Below the pieces are notes generated by a model, which was given only the letters and a program-made list of their open reading frames with translations, searched no databases and was not told where the DNA came from. A DNA stretch of 64,000 nucleotides from Paragordius varius (taxonomy: Eukaryota > Animalia > Nematomorpha). Below are positions 1 to 12,720 of the stretch, piece after piece. How positions within the stretch are numbered: position 1 is the first letter of the stretch; each line of letters begins with the position of its first letter. A program made the position numbers and the translations under genes. The DNA is taken from NCBI GenBank assembly GCA_964247055.1, contig OZ176058.1, positions 1,922,001 through 1,986,000 on the forward strand, in the 5' to 3' direction.

Positions 1-1073
1 CAAAAAATTTGGTTCATTTTCAAATATTGTTTTTTAATACTATTCATTCATAATTAAAACTATTTTCTTTATCATAATTTAGTAGATTAGTTAGTAGTTT
101 TCCCAAAATTCATGTACACTTATACAAATGGTTTTTAATTGATGACCAGCGCCTAAATGATATATTTTGAAATATGGAATGTATGGAGCATTTCAAAAGA
201 TTGTCTTTATATATAATTAATGTATATAACATGGTGTTTTTGGTATGTCTTACGACTGAGAAAACTATTTAGACTTTTGTGTAAGCGTCCATATCAAAAA
301 AATGGCAAATTTCACAATTTTTTAAGGTAGGCCCTGCCCAATTGTATTATCTCCATACTTCTTTTACAATAAACAAAAAATAATGCCGAGGCGCAATATA
401 AAATTAAAATATATAAATTTTGAAATCAAATAAAAATTTTTTAGAAAAACGGATATTTGGATTATAAAAAAATTTGGGGAAGCGATTTTCATGGTCTTCA
501 TAAGCATGAGGAAACGGTATTAGAACATTTGTTTTTAAATACTTTTTTTGATTTGATCTATCACTTCAAAACTGTTCTCATATGGATTTTTTTAAAACTA
601 TTTATATTTAACATTAATTAGAAGACAAACCAAATTAGTAACATCATTTTTTTATATAGAAAAGATGTTGTTATAATATTTTAAAGTGTGATACCGTTTT
701 TATCAGGCCTCATAATAAAGACTGCTTTAACATTTTGTAATTAATTTAAACAAAATATAATTCGTAAAAAAATATATATTCTGTTAGATAAACGTAAATA
801 TACTGTGAATACGCATGGATCTTAAATAGAAGCTGGTTTGACATTCGAGGAGAAAAAAATTAGAGAATCTGAACCCAAATTAAAAAAAAAAATTTAAAAA
901 TACTTTTGCTTATTATGTAATTTTTCAAATTCTACCAAAAAAATTATTTAACGAAATGTGGGCAAATGTAATTTTCTGATATGTAGCAGTTACCACAGTT
1001 TATATTTAATTAATAATTAGCTCACAATCAAAAGCAACATGATTATCCTGAAGCATTTAGATTTCAGTATTAT

Positions 1074-1077
1074 ATAC

Positions 1078-1123
<46 letters not shown>
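1074..1123. repeat. (TA)n microsatellite; similar tracts at ~15813-15851, 15947-15986, 22686-22717, 57290-57320, 58764-58810, 59476-59514, 60226-60305
   Basis: Direct reading of TA dinucleotide runs. Confidence 0.9.
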
Positions 1124-1125
<2 letters not shown>

Positions 1126-1510
1126 TTAGGGTATTTTTTGCGACTATAGCCCAGGGCTTCGAATTGGTTAAACAAGATGAAACCAGGATGTTTAGTAAAA
1201 TTATGAATTTGAAACCGGTGTCGTTCCTAAAATTTAGGTACCGGAACCAGGTTGGTTCCAAGCCAATGAAATCCTACAAAAATCTCAGGAACCGGAATCC
1301 AATTGATGATTTTGGTTCACAGTTCTGAGTTATATTATTGATGTTACATTGCATCCAAAACTATTCTAATTTTAGCCCTATAAAAAAGGCATTTGTACTC
1401 CTTGAACAGTAAATAAATATTATTTATAAATGTCATGTATCAGTAACATTTTTATGTTTGACATAATACTCCTCACATGAAAAATTATTTTAAATTTGCA
1501 AAATTTTATT

Positions 1511-3014
1511 ATGGAGAACCAATCAGCAAAGATACGATATAATGGGGAAATGTTATTGAAACACAAAGGGAAATTAATTTATATACTTGTAAAAGTTATG
1601 GAAGTAAAAATTTTTGATTCTATAGAGACAAAAAAAAGCTAAATTTAGAATTTTTATTTTTGTGTTCTTATGTTATTAAAAGAATATCATTAAGTTAATA
1701 TACTAATTCAGATAATTTAAAATTGTATAGGAAAAATTTAGATATAAAATATTTGTAAAAGAATTTGTTTTTTAGTGTTTACATTATAACTCTGAATTAT
1801 AATTTTTACTTTATATTTAATCAATCGATTTCTTTCATATAATTAGATTAATATAGCCAAAAATCTTTGCATTGTGAACTCAAGCGATAAAAAAATTGTG
1901 ACTGTTCTCCTGAGAAATTAATTTCGAATTACGCTTTTGAAAATATTAATTTATTTTAATTTTAAGTACTTAGGGACTAAATTTTAAAAAAAAATAATCT
2001 GAAACATTTTATAATTTAAATTTTCATATTGAAATCGTTCTAAAAAAATCAAAATATATGAAAAATTAAATTGTTATAAATAAATAAAAATATTTTATCC
2101 AAAAGGCTTTGAAGAATTAAATCCAAAAAATAATTATAATTTTTGATAATATTTATGATTAAAATATAATTAAATTATATTTAATATTCATCAAAAATAT
2201 TATAAATTAGATTTTTCTCTTATATTACCCAAAAGGCTTGATCAAAACTGCAAAAATTTAATATTTAATTATATATTAATTAAAATTAACAGAATTTATC
2301 TAAATACGAAAATATATATATAATTAATTTATTTTAGTAATATATTTATAATTTATAAAATTTTGATAGTATTATTTTCAATTTTTTCTAGATTTCAAAT
2401 TATCCAAAAGGCTTTACAGAATTTACAGGGACTGTAGATATGGATGAACATTTAAGATGCAATTATTTCACAATTTTTGACGCCTCTCAAATCGAAAAAT
2501 TTGGTTTATTTTTGGACATTTTTTGTTTTTTTAAAAATGAACTTTTATTATATTTTTTTGTTTAAAAAAATTGCAATATTAAAATAGTTTATTTTAAAGT
2601 TTTTTTAAATATATATTTATTTAAATTCTTTGGTATATTTGATTTTACAATATATTTATATCATAAATTTTTATAAAGAATATTTAATAATCTATAAACT
2701 TCTTTCAAGATAAAATATATTTTCATTTTTATAATTATCTATAACTAAAAATTGATTTTTTATATTTTAAGCCCCGAATAATTAGGCAGTAAATTAACTT
2801 AAATAAAAGAATTATAAATTTTTTTACTAAAGAATATTATATAATTATTTTTTTAAAATATATTTTAGAAAATTTAGATAAATTTATATTTATTTTAGAT
2901 TTCAAAACATATGATCATGCAATTCGCTTATTAGAAAAATATCCTCAATACTATACATTAGAATTGATATTATACAAGAAAATAGCAACAATGCAATTTA
3001 ATATACATATATGA
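1511..3014 (+). pseudogene. RPA3: RPA3 (replication protein A 14 kDa subunit) paralog, damaged copy; exons 1511-1603, 1847-1918, 2392-2503, 2899-3014
   Basis: Exons align to the intact copy at 10125-12720 (MENQSAKIRYNGEMLLKHKGKLIYILVKVME / INIAKNLCIVNSSDKKIVTVLLRN* / ISNYPKGFTEFTGTVDMDEHLRCNYFTIFDASQIEKF / DFKTYDHAIRLLEKYPQYYTLELILY...). Exon 2 ends CAA|GTT in copy 2 but TAA TTT here (stop plus lost donor). A 5-nt deletion near the stop extends the C-terminus by 14 aa. Confidence 0.75.
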
Positions 3015-4832
3015 ATGATTACATATAATATTATTTAATTTTAGTCGAATTCCACAATCGTCAAATAATTATATTTTTTTATATCTAAATATTTGTATTT
3101 ATCAAAAATGGATTTTTATTTATCATTTATAAAATATATATGTCCTTAAATGCACGATTTTTAATTTTTAAATTCTAACCAAAATATATTTATTTAAATT
3201 TAAAACGCAATATATCTGGATGGAATGCAATAAAATAAAAATTTATCGATATTTTTATTAAATGTTAATATATGCAAATTTTAAATTCGAAGATTTTTTC
3301 GTTGAGAAGAAGTGGGTGGTGCTAGTTTTTAAATTGATATACCTTTATGTTTAATTGACACTTCGATTCGAATTGGGGTATTCAATTACTACATAACTAT
3401 ATAAAGCTGATGTTCTAAAAAAACTACTGAAAGAAACGGTCCCAATTTAAATTTTTTTTTCTTACTTAATAATTATATAAATAAGCCGAGTGTTTAATTT
3501 TAAAAAAAATCCAAATAATTACCTCGACGCCATTTGTAACATTTTTGCAAAATTTCAGGTTTAAATTTTAAAAGGTAATTTTCCTTAATTCACTTCCAAT
3601 AATTGATAAAAACAGATGAATGGTTTGACTTGTATAATTACATTTTACTAATGCACACATATCATGGTGACTAGTAATAGCTAGTATTTTTTAATGAATT
3701 TTTTATATTTTGTTTATTAATGTTACTGCAAACTTTTACAATGGATAAAGTTTTTCTACCTAATAATACATTTAAATGCTTTAAAAACTCAAAAAATTAA
3801 CAGAAAACCAAATGAAATTAAAGAAAATGAATATTTTATACATATATAAAATAAATATTGTTGAATTTATTATGATTGATTGATTACAAAAATTAAAAAA
3901 TAGTATAAATAATAATACCCCCACCTCCAAAGCGCAAGAAAAAAATAAAAAAATCCAAAATATAAATCCTACTTTACACTATTGGCTAAACAACTCTTGA
4001 AAAATATGAAAATAGGTGATTTTACCCAAAGAATGCAATCTAAACTCTCAACAAGGTAAAATGAGAGTTTGTTGTGCGTTAAATCCAACGTAATACTCCA
4101 CAAGTAGCATGCATCTTGTCAGCCATGTGTTCCATCCTAGCCTTGCCATTTAGGTTCCGTGGAAGTTCACAAGAGCTCGTCGTAAATGATCCCTCCGCAC
4201 AAATGAGATGGAATCCATCCACCTAAATATTAGGTTTACCTTATCACCCAAAGGTTCCTTCTCCCGTATGGTTATTGCTCATCCGTCCCCCCATGTTCGA
4301 TGAGTCCCGAAACACCGGCATATGATGTGGCAAGGGTTTCTTTAATCAACTATAAGGCTATGAGATTATCCCAATCTGCCCGTGAAGTTGCCTTAAGTTG
4401 GAATTGTGGTACGAATCCTTGTTTAATAATTTTGATTGTCGTCTTCATTTGTGGTTGCCCAATTGGTTAGGAAGGCCTAAAGCCTTCAAATTTTCTTTTC
4501 AACCAGCTTTATCATATAAATTTTTTATGGATTGCCATCTTAGGTGCACAAACCTCTCATCACATCCATATATGAACTCTTGTATTCCAAATTGCAAAAT
4601 ACAGATATTATGAATTTTATGAATCCTGGGCTTGTCTCTTAGATTTTCTTTTTTTACAAAATTTTGCTTAATTCACTAGCTTAATTATATATATGCTCTC
4701 TTTATCTATTTAATCAGCTGGATTATTTGAAATAGCCTATTTATATGAATGTGCTATAATTAATAATTGCCAATGCTATATTCACATGAAACGCACTAGT
4801 TCATTTCACTTGGATACAACACATTCATTTTA

Positions 4833-5380
4833 GTCCTTCGATGCAAATTGGGGTAGTTAGATACCCCAGGCCTGTTTAAAATTTTCCTTAAAAGATATGG
4901 AAGGAATCGAAGTCATGGCAAAATTTTGCACTTATACAACATTAATAAACCTTAATATATAAAAAACTTTATTTAAAAATACTTGATATTAATTATTTTA
5001 AGGTAAAATCCAAAGATGAAAATTTAGTCAACGTGACATGTGTGCATTGGCCAAACTAAAAAATAACACAAAATAAACTACCATTTCTATTTATATCAAT
5101 CTTAGATGTGATTTATATGAAAACTTAGCTTTAATTATACCATTAAAAATAAATAAGCACGATATTTTAAAAATGTTTTGCGAAATAAAAATGGCGTTGA
5201 AGTAATTTGACATGAAGCTATTTTTCAAAACGAAATTTTATTTACATATTTTAGCCTATTTATATAATTTTTATTAGGATAGAAGCATAAATTTAAATCG
5301 GGACCTATTCCTTCAGTAGTTTTTTAAATTTGTTTTAATTTAGTCTGGGGTATTTAGATACCCCAAATTGAATCGAAGTG
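4833..5380. mobile_element. TIR element ending ...ATCGAAGTG|TTAA (piggyBac-like TTAA flank), family also at ~3356 and ~33600-33675
   Basis: Left cttcgatgcaaattggggtagttagatacccc is inverse to right ggggtatttagataccccaaattgaatcgaagtgttaa. TTAA is clear only on the right. Confidence 0.5.
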
Positions 5381-8300
5381 TTAATCCATCTAAATATCAG
5401 TATTATTGAGAGCGATTTTGTTATCCATACGATAATCGCTGAAATTGACTTTTCACGCTTCGTCCACTTAGCTATACTTTCCATGAAGATACTCATATCA
5501 AACTACCTTACTAATCGCTATAACGCTTTCTTCTTTTTTTAAAGATTATTATACAATTTTTTATCGCAGATGATTTTAGCCGGATTAATTCTCTGACGGA
5601 GTGAATGGTTTTATTGCAGAGTTTGATTTTAATGTTTATTGTTCGAGTGTTTTACATTTTTTGATATTTATTATCATTTGTTAATCTGAAATAAAAATTA
5701 TTATTCCACCTAAGAATTTTTTATGTTTTGATTTTCTATGATTATAGGCCTTCTTTTCAAATTAAAAAATATACAACAAATACCCCTCTGTAATATATCC
5801 ATCGAAACAGTAATGAAATTTTGTAAAATGCAATATGTTTTACATCGATAGTTAATATTGGACACATAGGAAGCGAGAGTGTTTTTCCTGATTAATATAT
5901 TACACTAGACAACAAATTCTAACTTTTTCATTCTTGTAAATTTAAAATTTATTTTATTAAAGGACACAATTAGTATATCTGAATAGAAAATTGGTCTAGC
6001 ATGCAAGAATTTTTTTATATTAGAGTTTATCGATAATTTTTGGTCCCACTCGAAATTTCGAAAATTAAAAGTTTTATAGATGAAGCCATGTATTTTATAT
6101 CATTCGAAAGAGCTCAAAAAACTGCATCTTGTAAATGTTAGTAAAGTATTTAAATCAATCGGATGTAAAAGTTATTTGGATTTAAATGGTCGAAATTTTC
6201 CATCCTTAAATAAGTCAAAATTTACAGACAAACTAATATGAAAATCATATAAATTATTTTAATATAATTATTAGGGTTATAATAGTAATTAATTTAAAAA
6301 AAAATTTGAAAAAGCTTTTGGTTTGCTTTAATAAAAATTATTATTATCATAAATATTTTACCTAGTGGATACTAAAATGCATAGTTATAACTCTTAATTT
6401 ATTACATAATGGCTATAAAAGATCAAAAATACCTTAAACTTTGTTTTTATCTTTAAAATTTCGTAATTATCAGCCTCGTAAAGAAAATGAATTAATATTG
6501 ATGAGATGGTTTTAAAAAACAAAAAACTTAAAAATGACTGTTTTGAGTGACAAAGCAATGAAAAATGTTTTAATCAAAAACACTTTCTTGTGTTATCTTT
6601 TTTGGACATTCATCACCATCTAAACAAAGTTTGAGCTATTTTCATCCATTAGTTTTAAAAATATAATAATTAAAAAAATGCTCTCGCTTCGCGCGTTTGT
6701 CGCTCTTTGTGTCCAATATTTACTGTCGATGTAATACATATTAGTATTTTTATAGAGTTTTTATTACTCTTTCGAATGATATATTAATGGGCATTACTTG
6801 TTTATTTTCAAAAAAAAACATTTTTTAGTAAAATTTTGATAAAGAGGGCGCATAATCAAAAAAATCAAATTATATAAAATTTTTCCATCGAGTTATTTTT
6901 ATTTCAGATTTACTGTTAAAATAATACTAAATATCAGAAAATGCAAAAAACGCGAGTGGCAGAAAAATTTGTTGTCCAGTGTTATTAAAACTAATGTATG
7001 AAAATAGCTTACATTTTGTGCAGATGACAAATGACCAATAAAGATAACATATTTTGTCTTAAAAGACTTATTTTTTGCTTTTAAGTCATTCAAAACACCC
7101 ATTTTTTTTTATTTTAAAAAAATTACCATCTTATAATAATTTAATAGTATATAATTTTAAAGTTTCGAAGACAAAAAATATAGGTTACGGTATTGTTAAC
7201 CATTATCTTTTAATTTACAGTTATAACTATGTAATTTGTAACTATGCATTTCAGAGGCAAAATAATTTTGATAATATTTTTATTAAAAAAGCAAATAAAA
7301 TTACCAAATCTAATCTAATTAACTCGAAAGATGTACAATTGAATTTGTAAATTAAAATAAATATGATTTTTAAATTAATTATGAAAAATTTTGATTTAAG
7401 GGTTGAAAATTTTGAGCATAACCCAAATAAATATATCAGATAGTTTTAAATGACAAACTACTATTCGAAAGATACATTTTTTCGATATCTTTTGAATGAT
7501 AGATAATACATGGTTTTATTTCTAAAAATGTTGTTGAAAATTTTGATGGAGACCAAAATTTTTAATAAAACCTAATAAAATTTAATTCTTAAGAAAAATT
7601 TTATTTTCAAATATAATATTTATTATGTATTTTAAAAATTTTATATTATAAGAATACCAGTTAAAAAAATTAAAATTTGTTGTCTAATGTAATTAATTTT
7701 AAGCATTTTTTTCCATTAATAATTTATTCATAATTTTAAAACAATTTTTTAACATTAATTGGTAGGTGATTAAGAGTTTAGTTGAGAATACAAAATATAC
7801 CTTTAGTCTGCATAAATTATATTTAAAGGTAAAGGTATAAATTAGTTTTGGAGAAATATATAGCCCCAACTTACAAACAGAGAAAATTGGAATATCACGG
7901 ACCAAACGTAAAAATGTTAAGAAAAATAGTTTCCCAATAGACAACCATACTTTTTCAAATCACATTTTTTTATTATCATCATTGTTTAAATTATCAAAGT
8001 ATATATAGAGCAGATGTATTTTGGTAACACAATCAATTATTATATATTTTAAAGTGGTTATTTTATATTTTATTATTAGAAAAATAAAAATTAAGCTTTA
8101 AAAAGTATGGGGTTATCTTTTCGAAAAAAATGCTGGTCTTTATATTTTTAAATTTTGTCCTAAGGTATAATTTCAATTTTTACTGTATTTTTGAATTAAG
8201 ACCCCCTTTCATCATGTGTTAATGTGAACATGTCAAACCCAATCAAGTTAAAATGTGGTAATTTAAGTATGTTTATAAAAATAGATATTGGGTATTTATC

Positions 8301-10124
8301 ATATTTTTAAATAAGGGGTACCAAATCAATAAATAAGTAAGTAATTAAGTTAGTAGGCTTATGCATTGCATGATTAATAAAACATTTGAGTAAGTATGAA
8401 TCTAAAAATATATATCACTCATATAATATGTATAAAGTAGAGAAGGTAAAAATAATTATTGTAAATCACTTAGGTATAAATTCTAAAAATCAGGGTTTAT
8501 AGTCAGGGTCTCCAACGTTCGGCGTTCCAAAAATATTTTACAGCCCGTGAAAAAGAAACAAAAAATATACAATATTTGATCATTTAGTTTTAGTAAATAT
8601 ATAATTTATTTTGAATATTGTTTCATTTCAATAATAAATGATTCATAAAAACTATTTTCTTTATCATAATTTAGTGGATTATGAGTTTGGTTGCGAACAC
8701 AAATCATCTGTAACAACACTCCTAATATACAAATGGTCCTTATTAATGACCATCGCTTCTCAAAAGGAAAATATTCAAATATATGAAATGTATGAAGCAT
8801 TTTTAAAGTCTGCCTTTATATATATATTGTATATGAAATATAAAGAGTGGAAACTTATTAGGCATATAATAGTGCTTTTGGTTTTGAGCCTTACGAGTGA
8901 GAAAACACATTAAACTTTTGGGCAAGCGTTTCATATCAATTTGCAATATTTTTAATGTAGACCCGGTCCAAATTTTTTTGCTTCATGGGCTATTTCTTTT
9001 ACACTAAGCAAAAAAATGCCGAGGCGCAATATATTTAAAATATTCTCAATTTTAAAATCAAATTTTTTCAAAATCGGATATTTAAATTAAAAATAATTTG
9101 GAGAAACGATTTTCATGGTCTTTTGAAGCATGGGCAAAACGGTAATAAAACATTTTAAATTTTGTAAGTACTTTTCTTTTTGATTCGATGACGTTGAATT
9201 TCTATCACTTCAAAATTTGTTCTCATAATTGTAAAATTGTAATTTATACTTATCATAAATTTGAAGACAAACGAATATATTAGGAATGTTCGGCATCATT
9301 AATTTATGTAGAAATTATGTATAAATTATTAATGTTTTCATACCTGTTTTATCATATCTCATATAAGTATGAAAAATGCTTTACAAAATTTTGTTGTAAC
9401 TAATTAAAACATAACATTTTTTCGTAAAAAATATTTTGATGTTATACTCGAATTTAACATCCATGACTAGGGCATTTTACGTTTATTTTAAGCCTATCTG
9501 ATTCTGAAGGGGCGAAAAGTCAGAGAATCCGAGCTTAAATTTTAATATTAAAATTTATAAATACTGTTTTGCTTTCTGTTTATATTTTAGTCATGTTTCT
9601 AGCAAAAAAATTTATAAGCAAATGGGCAAATGCTATCTGATATGGAGCAGTTACCAAAAAAGTTTTAATAACTTATTGATTACTAGTTAGCTCCAATTCA
9701 AAGGCACCATGATTATCCTGAAACATTTAGTTTTCAGTATATATATATATATATTTCATTAGGGTTTTTTGACTATAGGTCAGGGCTTCGAATCGGTTAA
9801 AAGAGTTGGAAAAGCCTGGTCCCTAAAAATTTCAAAATGAAACCGGGATGCCTTAAATTTTTGTAAGGGAAATCGGGTTGGTTCCAACCCAATGAAATTC
9901 TGACAATATCTCAGAAACCGGAATCTGATTGGTAATGGTTCAAAGTTTATTATTTATTTTATTTGCAACCAAAACTATTCTCTACTGTAATTCCTATAAA
10001 CAAGCACCTTGTACTCCTTGAACAGTAAATATATATTATTTATAAATGTCATGTATCTCTAACATTTTTATGTTTGACAATATTCTTCACATGAAAATTT
10101 TTTTTAAATTTGCAAAATTTTATT

Positions 10125-12720
10125 ATGGAGAACCAATCACCAAAGATACGATGTAATGGTGAAATGTTAGTGAAACACAAAGGGAAATCAGTTTGTTTAC
10201 TCGGAAAAGTTATCGAAGTAAAATTTTTAATTACAGACAAAACGTAAAACATAAATTTATATTTTTTTTGTAATAAAATTAAAAGATAAAAATGTTAATT
10301 ACTCACACATTTAATCAAATAATTTATATTATAATTATAATCAGTTCTTGTTGGAGATATTAAGGTTCAAAACCTGTAAAAATAATTTTCAGCGTCCATA
10401 CTATAACTTATAATATTTTACTGTAATACTTAATCAATCGATTTCTTTCAAATAATTAGATTAATAGACCCAAAAATCTTTGCATAGTTAATTCAAGTGA
10501 TCAAAAAATGGTGACCGTTCTCCTGAGAAATCAAGTTCGAATTATTTTAAGAAAAAAAATTTCATGTCTATAAAGAATTGTCAGAAATTCGTATTTAAAT
10601 GATTATTTTTTTTTTAATTGTTTTGATGTTTGATATGTCAACTTTCAACATGCTCATTTTTAAGCCTTAAAATAATAATAGCTTATTAAGAATTTTTAAT
10701 TTATAATTAAAAGATATTGCAAAATATTATTCTTGATGTACAACATGCGCATATTGTAATTTTTATCTTTTGTAAAATATTAATTATAAAATTTTATTAA
10801 CTCAAAGTTTAAACACACACATAACCAAAATTAATTTAAAAGATAAAAATATTTATTGATAATTATAATATTTAAATAAATTTATAATTGTTTTCATTTT
10901 CTAGGGGTTTTCTTTGTATACATTCTAACAAAATATGTAAAGAAAAATTATAATAATTTTTTAGATTTTTTTCCCTTCTCTCTTAGCAAAGTCTTGCAAT
11001 TTTGTTATGCTGCTCTAGAGGGGTACTACACCGGGTTTTTTTTTATCATATTGATGTTTAATCTCATGAAAAAAAACATTCAATGGGATTCAGTTGTGGC
11101 GAATAAGGAGGTAAATAAACAATTTTATTCCTTAGCTCACCTACCACCGCGGCTTTGTGAATAGGTGCATTATCGCAAACTATTATTGAACTTAGTATAA
11201 ACTGAGGGAGCTATGTTTTCCTTTAATATTGGATTTCGTTCTGAATTTTTATTTTTTAATATAAACCTTCAAGTACACTAGCTGCCGAGCAAAGAAGAAA
11301 TAATGGGTTATCGTTGATATTCATAATTTTTTAAAATAACTCTAGATTTATGATTTATTTCTTTATATATATATAGAGATTAAATGGACATCTGCTTGGG
11401 TTTAGTTTATATTTTAAGTGCATGTTAAAAACCCCTAGAAAATGATAACAAATATCAAACTTGGTTATCATAAATTACATGCGCATGTTGTAAATAAAAC
11501 GTTCAAGAATAATATTTTGCAACATCTTTTAATTATAAATTAAAAATTCTTACAATAAATAGGCTATTATTATTTTAAGGCTTAAAAATGCGCATGTTGA
11601 AAGTTGACATATCAACATCAAAACAATTAAAAAAAAATTATAATCATTTAAATACGAATTTCAGACAATTCTATATAGACATGACTGTAATTATTTTAAA
11701 TAGTTAGGGAGTAAATTTTAAAAATAATATTTTTAAATATTGAAAAATTATTTTATCTAAAAGGTTTTGCATTCAATCCAAAAAATAATATATATTTATA
11801 ATTTACAAAAACTTAAAATATATTATATAAATATATAATTATCAATAATATTAAAAATAATTGAAATTTAATATATATAATATTCTTAACAAAAATATAT
11901 AAATTATTTTTACGTTCTTATATAAGGCAAAATACTTGTTCAAATTTAATTTAAAAATATATATTTAATTATATTTTTTTGAAAATTAAAAAGAAAATTG
12001 TCTTAATATTCCAATACAGATAATCAATTTATTTATGAATATATTTATAAAATATTTTTAAATATATTTTAATAAAATATTTTAATTTTTTATTTTTGTT
12101 AGATTTCAAATTACCCCATAGGTCTTACAGAATTTACAGGGACTGTAGATATGGATGGACATTTAAGATGTAATGATTTTACAATTTTCGCTTCTCAAAT
12201 GGGAAATGAATTTGGTTTAATTTAGAAATATTTTTTAATTTATTTTAAAAAATTTAAACATACCATTTACATTACAAATTTACCCTTTAACAATTCAGAA
12301 TCTTTAAGATTAAAAATTACCTATATATTTATATATTTTATAACAAAATTTTGTTTTAAATTAAAATAATACTGAAAAAATAATAAACTATGCGCCATAA
12401 AGATATATTTTACAATAATAATGACTTATATTAGTTCAAAATTACAAAATATATTTTCAAGGTCTATTTGAATTGTTTAAGTGAATTTGAACTGTAAATG
12501 GTATATTACATTTAATCATGATTAACCTTTTGAATATTGAAATTCATATTGAAATTTTAATATATTTTTTCAAATTTTATTATAATTATTTTTTAAATTA
12601 TATATTATAAACTTTTTAAAATTTTTTTTAATTATTTAAATATTAGATTTCAAAACATATGACCATGCAATTCGCTTACTTGAAAAATATCCTCAATACT
12701 ATACATTAGCTAATAATTGA
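10125..12720 (+). CDS. RPA3: Replication protein A 14 kDa subunit (OB fold), 117 aa; exons 10125-10217, 10460-10534, 12103-12214, 12647-12720
   Basis: Spliced product MENQSPKIRCNGEMLVKHKGKSVCLLGKVIE-INRPKNLCIVNSSDQKMVTVLLRNQ-ISNYPIGLTEFTGTVDMDGHLRCNDFTIFASQMGNEF-DFKTYDHAIRLLEKYPQYYTLANN*. All introns GT-AG with consistent phases (0,0,1). Matches the recalled RPA3 pattern (RINxxML...V.x.G...; FD..Y..A..I...FPQFY). Synonymous differences from the paralog confirm the frame. Confidence 0.88.
10562..11688. mobile_element. Non-autonomous DNA transposon with long (>200 bp) imperfect terminal inverted repeats, in RPA3 intron 2
   Basis: tcatgtctataaagaattgtcagaaattcgtatttaaatg... is the inverse of ...catttaaatacgaatttcagacaattctatatagacatgactg|ta. 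Right end CAGT/TA type (Tc1/mariner-like). Absent from the RPA3 paralog. Confidence 0.75.

Noticed and set aside
2392-2503. First read as an ANF-receptor ligand-binding fragment (FTGTVDMD)
   Set aside because: Finding exons 1 and 2 gave a complete 117-aa RPA3 with the expected motifs.
8606-8913. 64- and 91-aa ORFs in the duplicated segment
   Set aside because: Frames are not preserved in the paralogous region near 60-300 and no motif is present.
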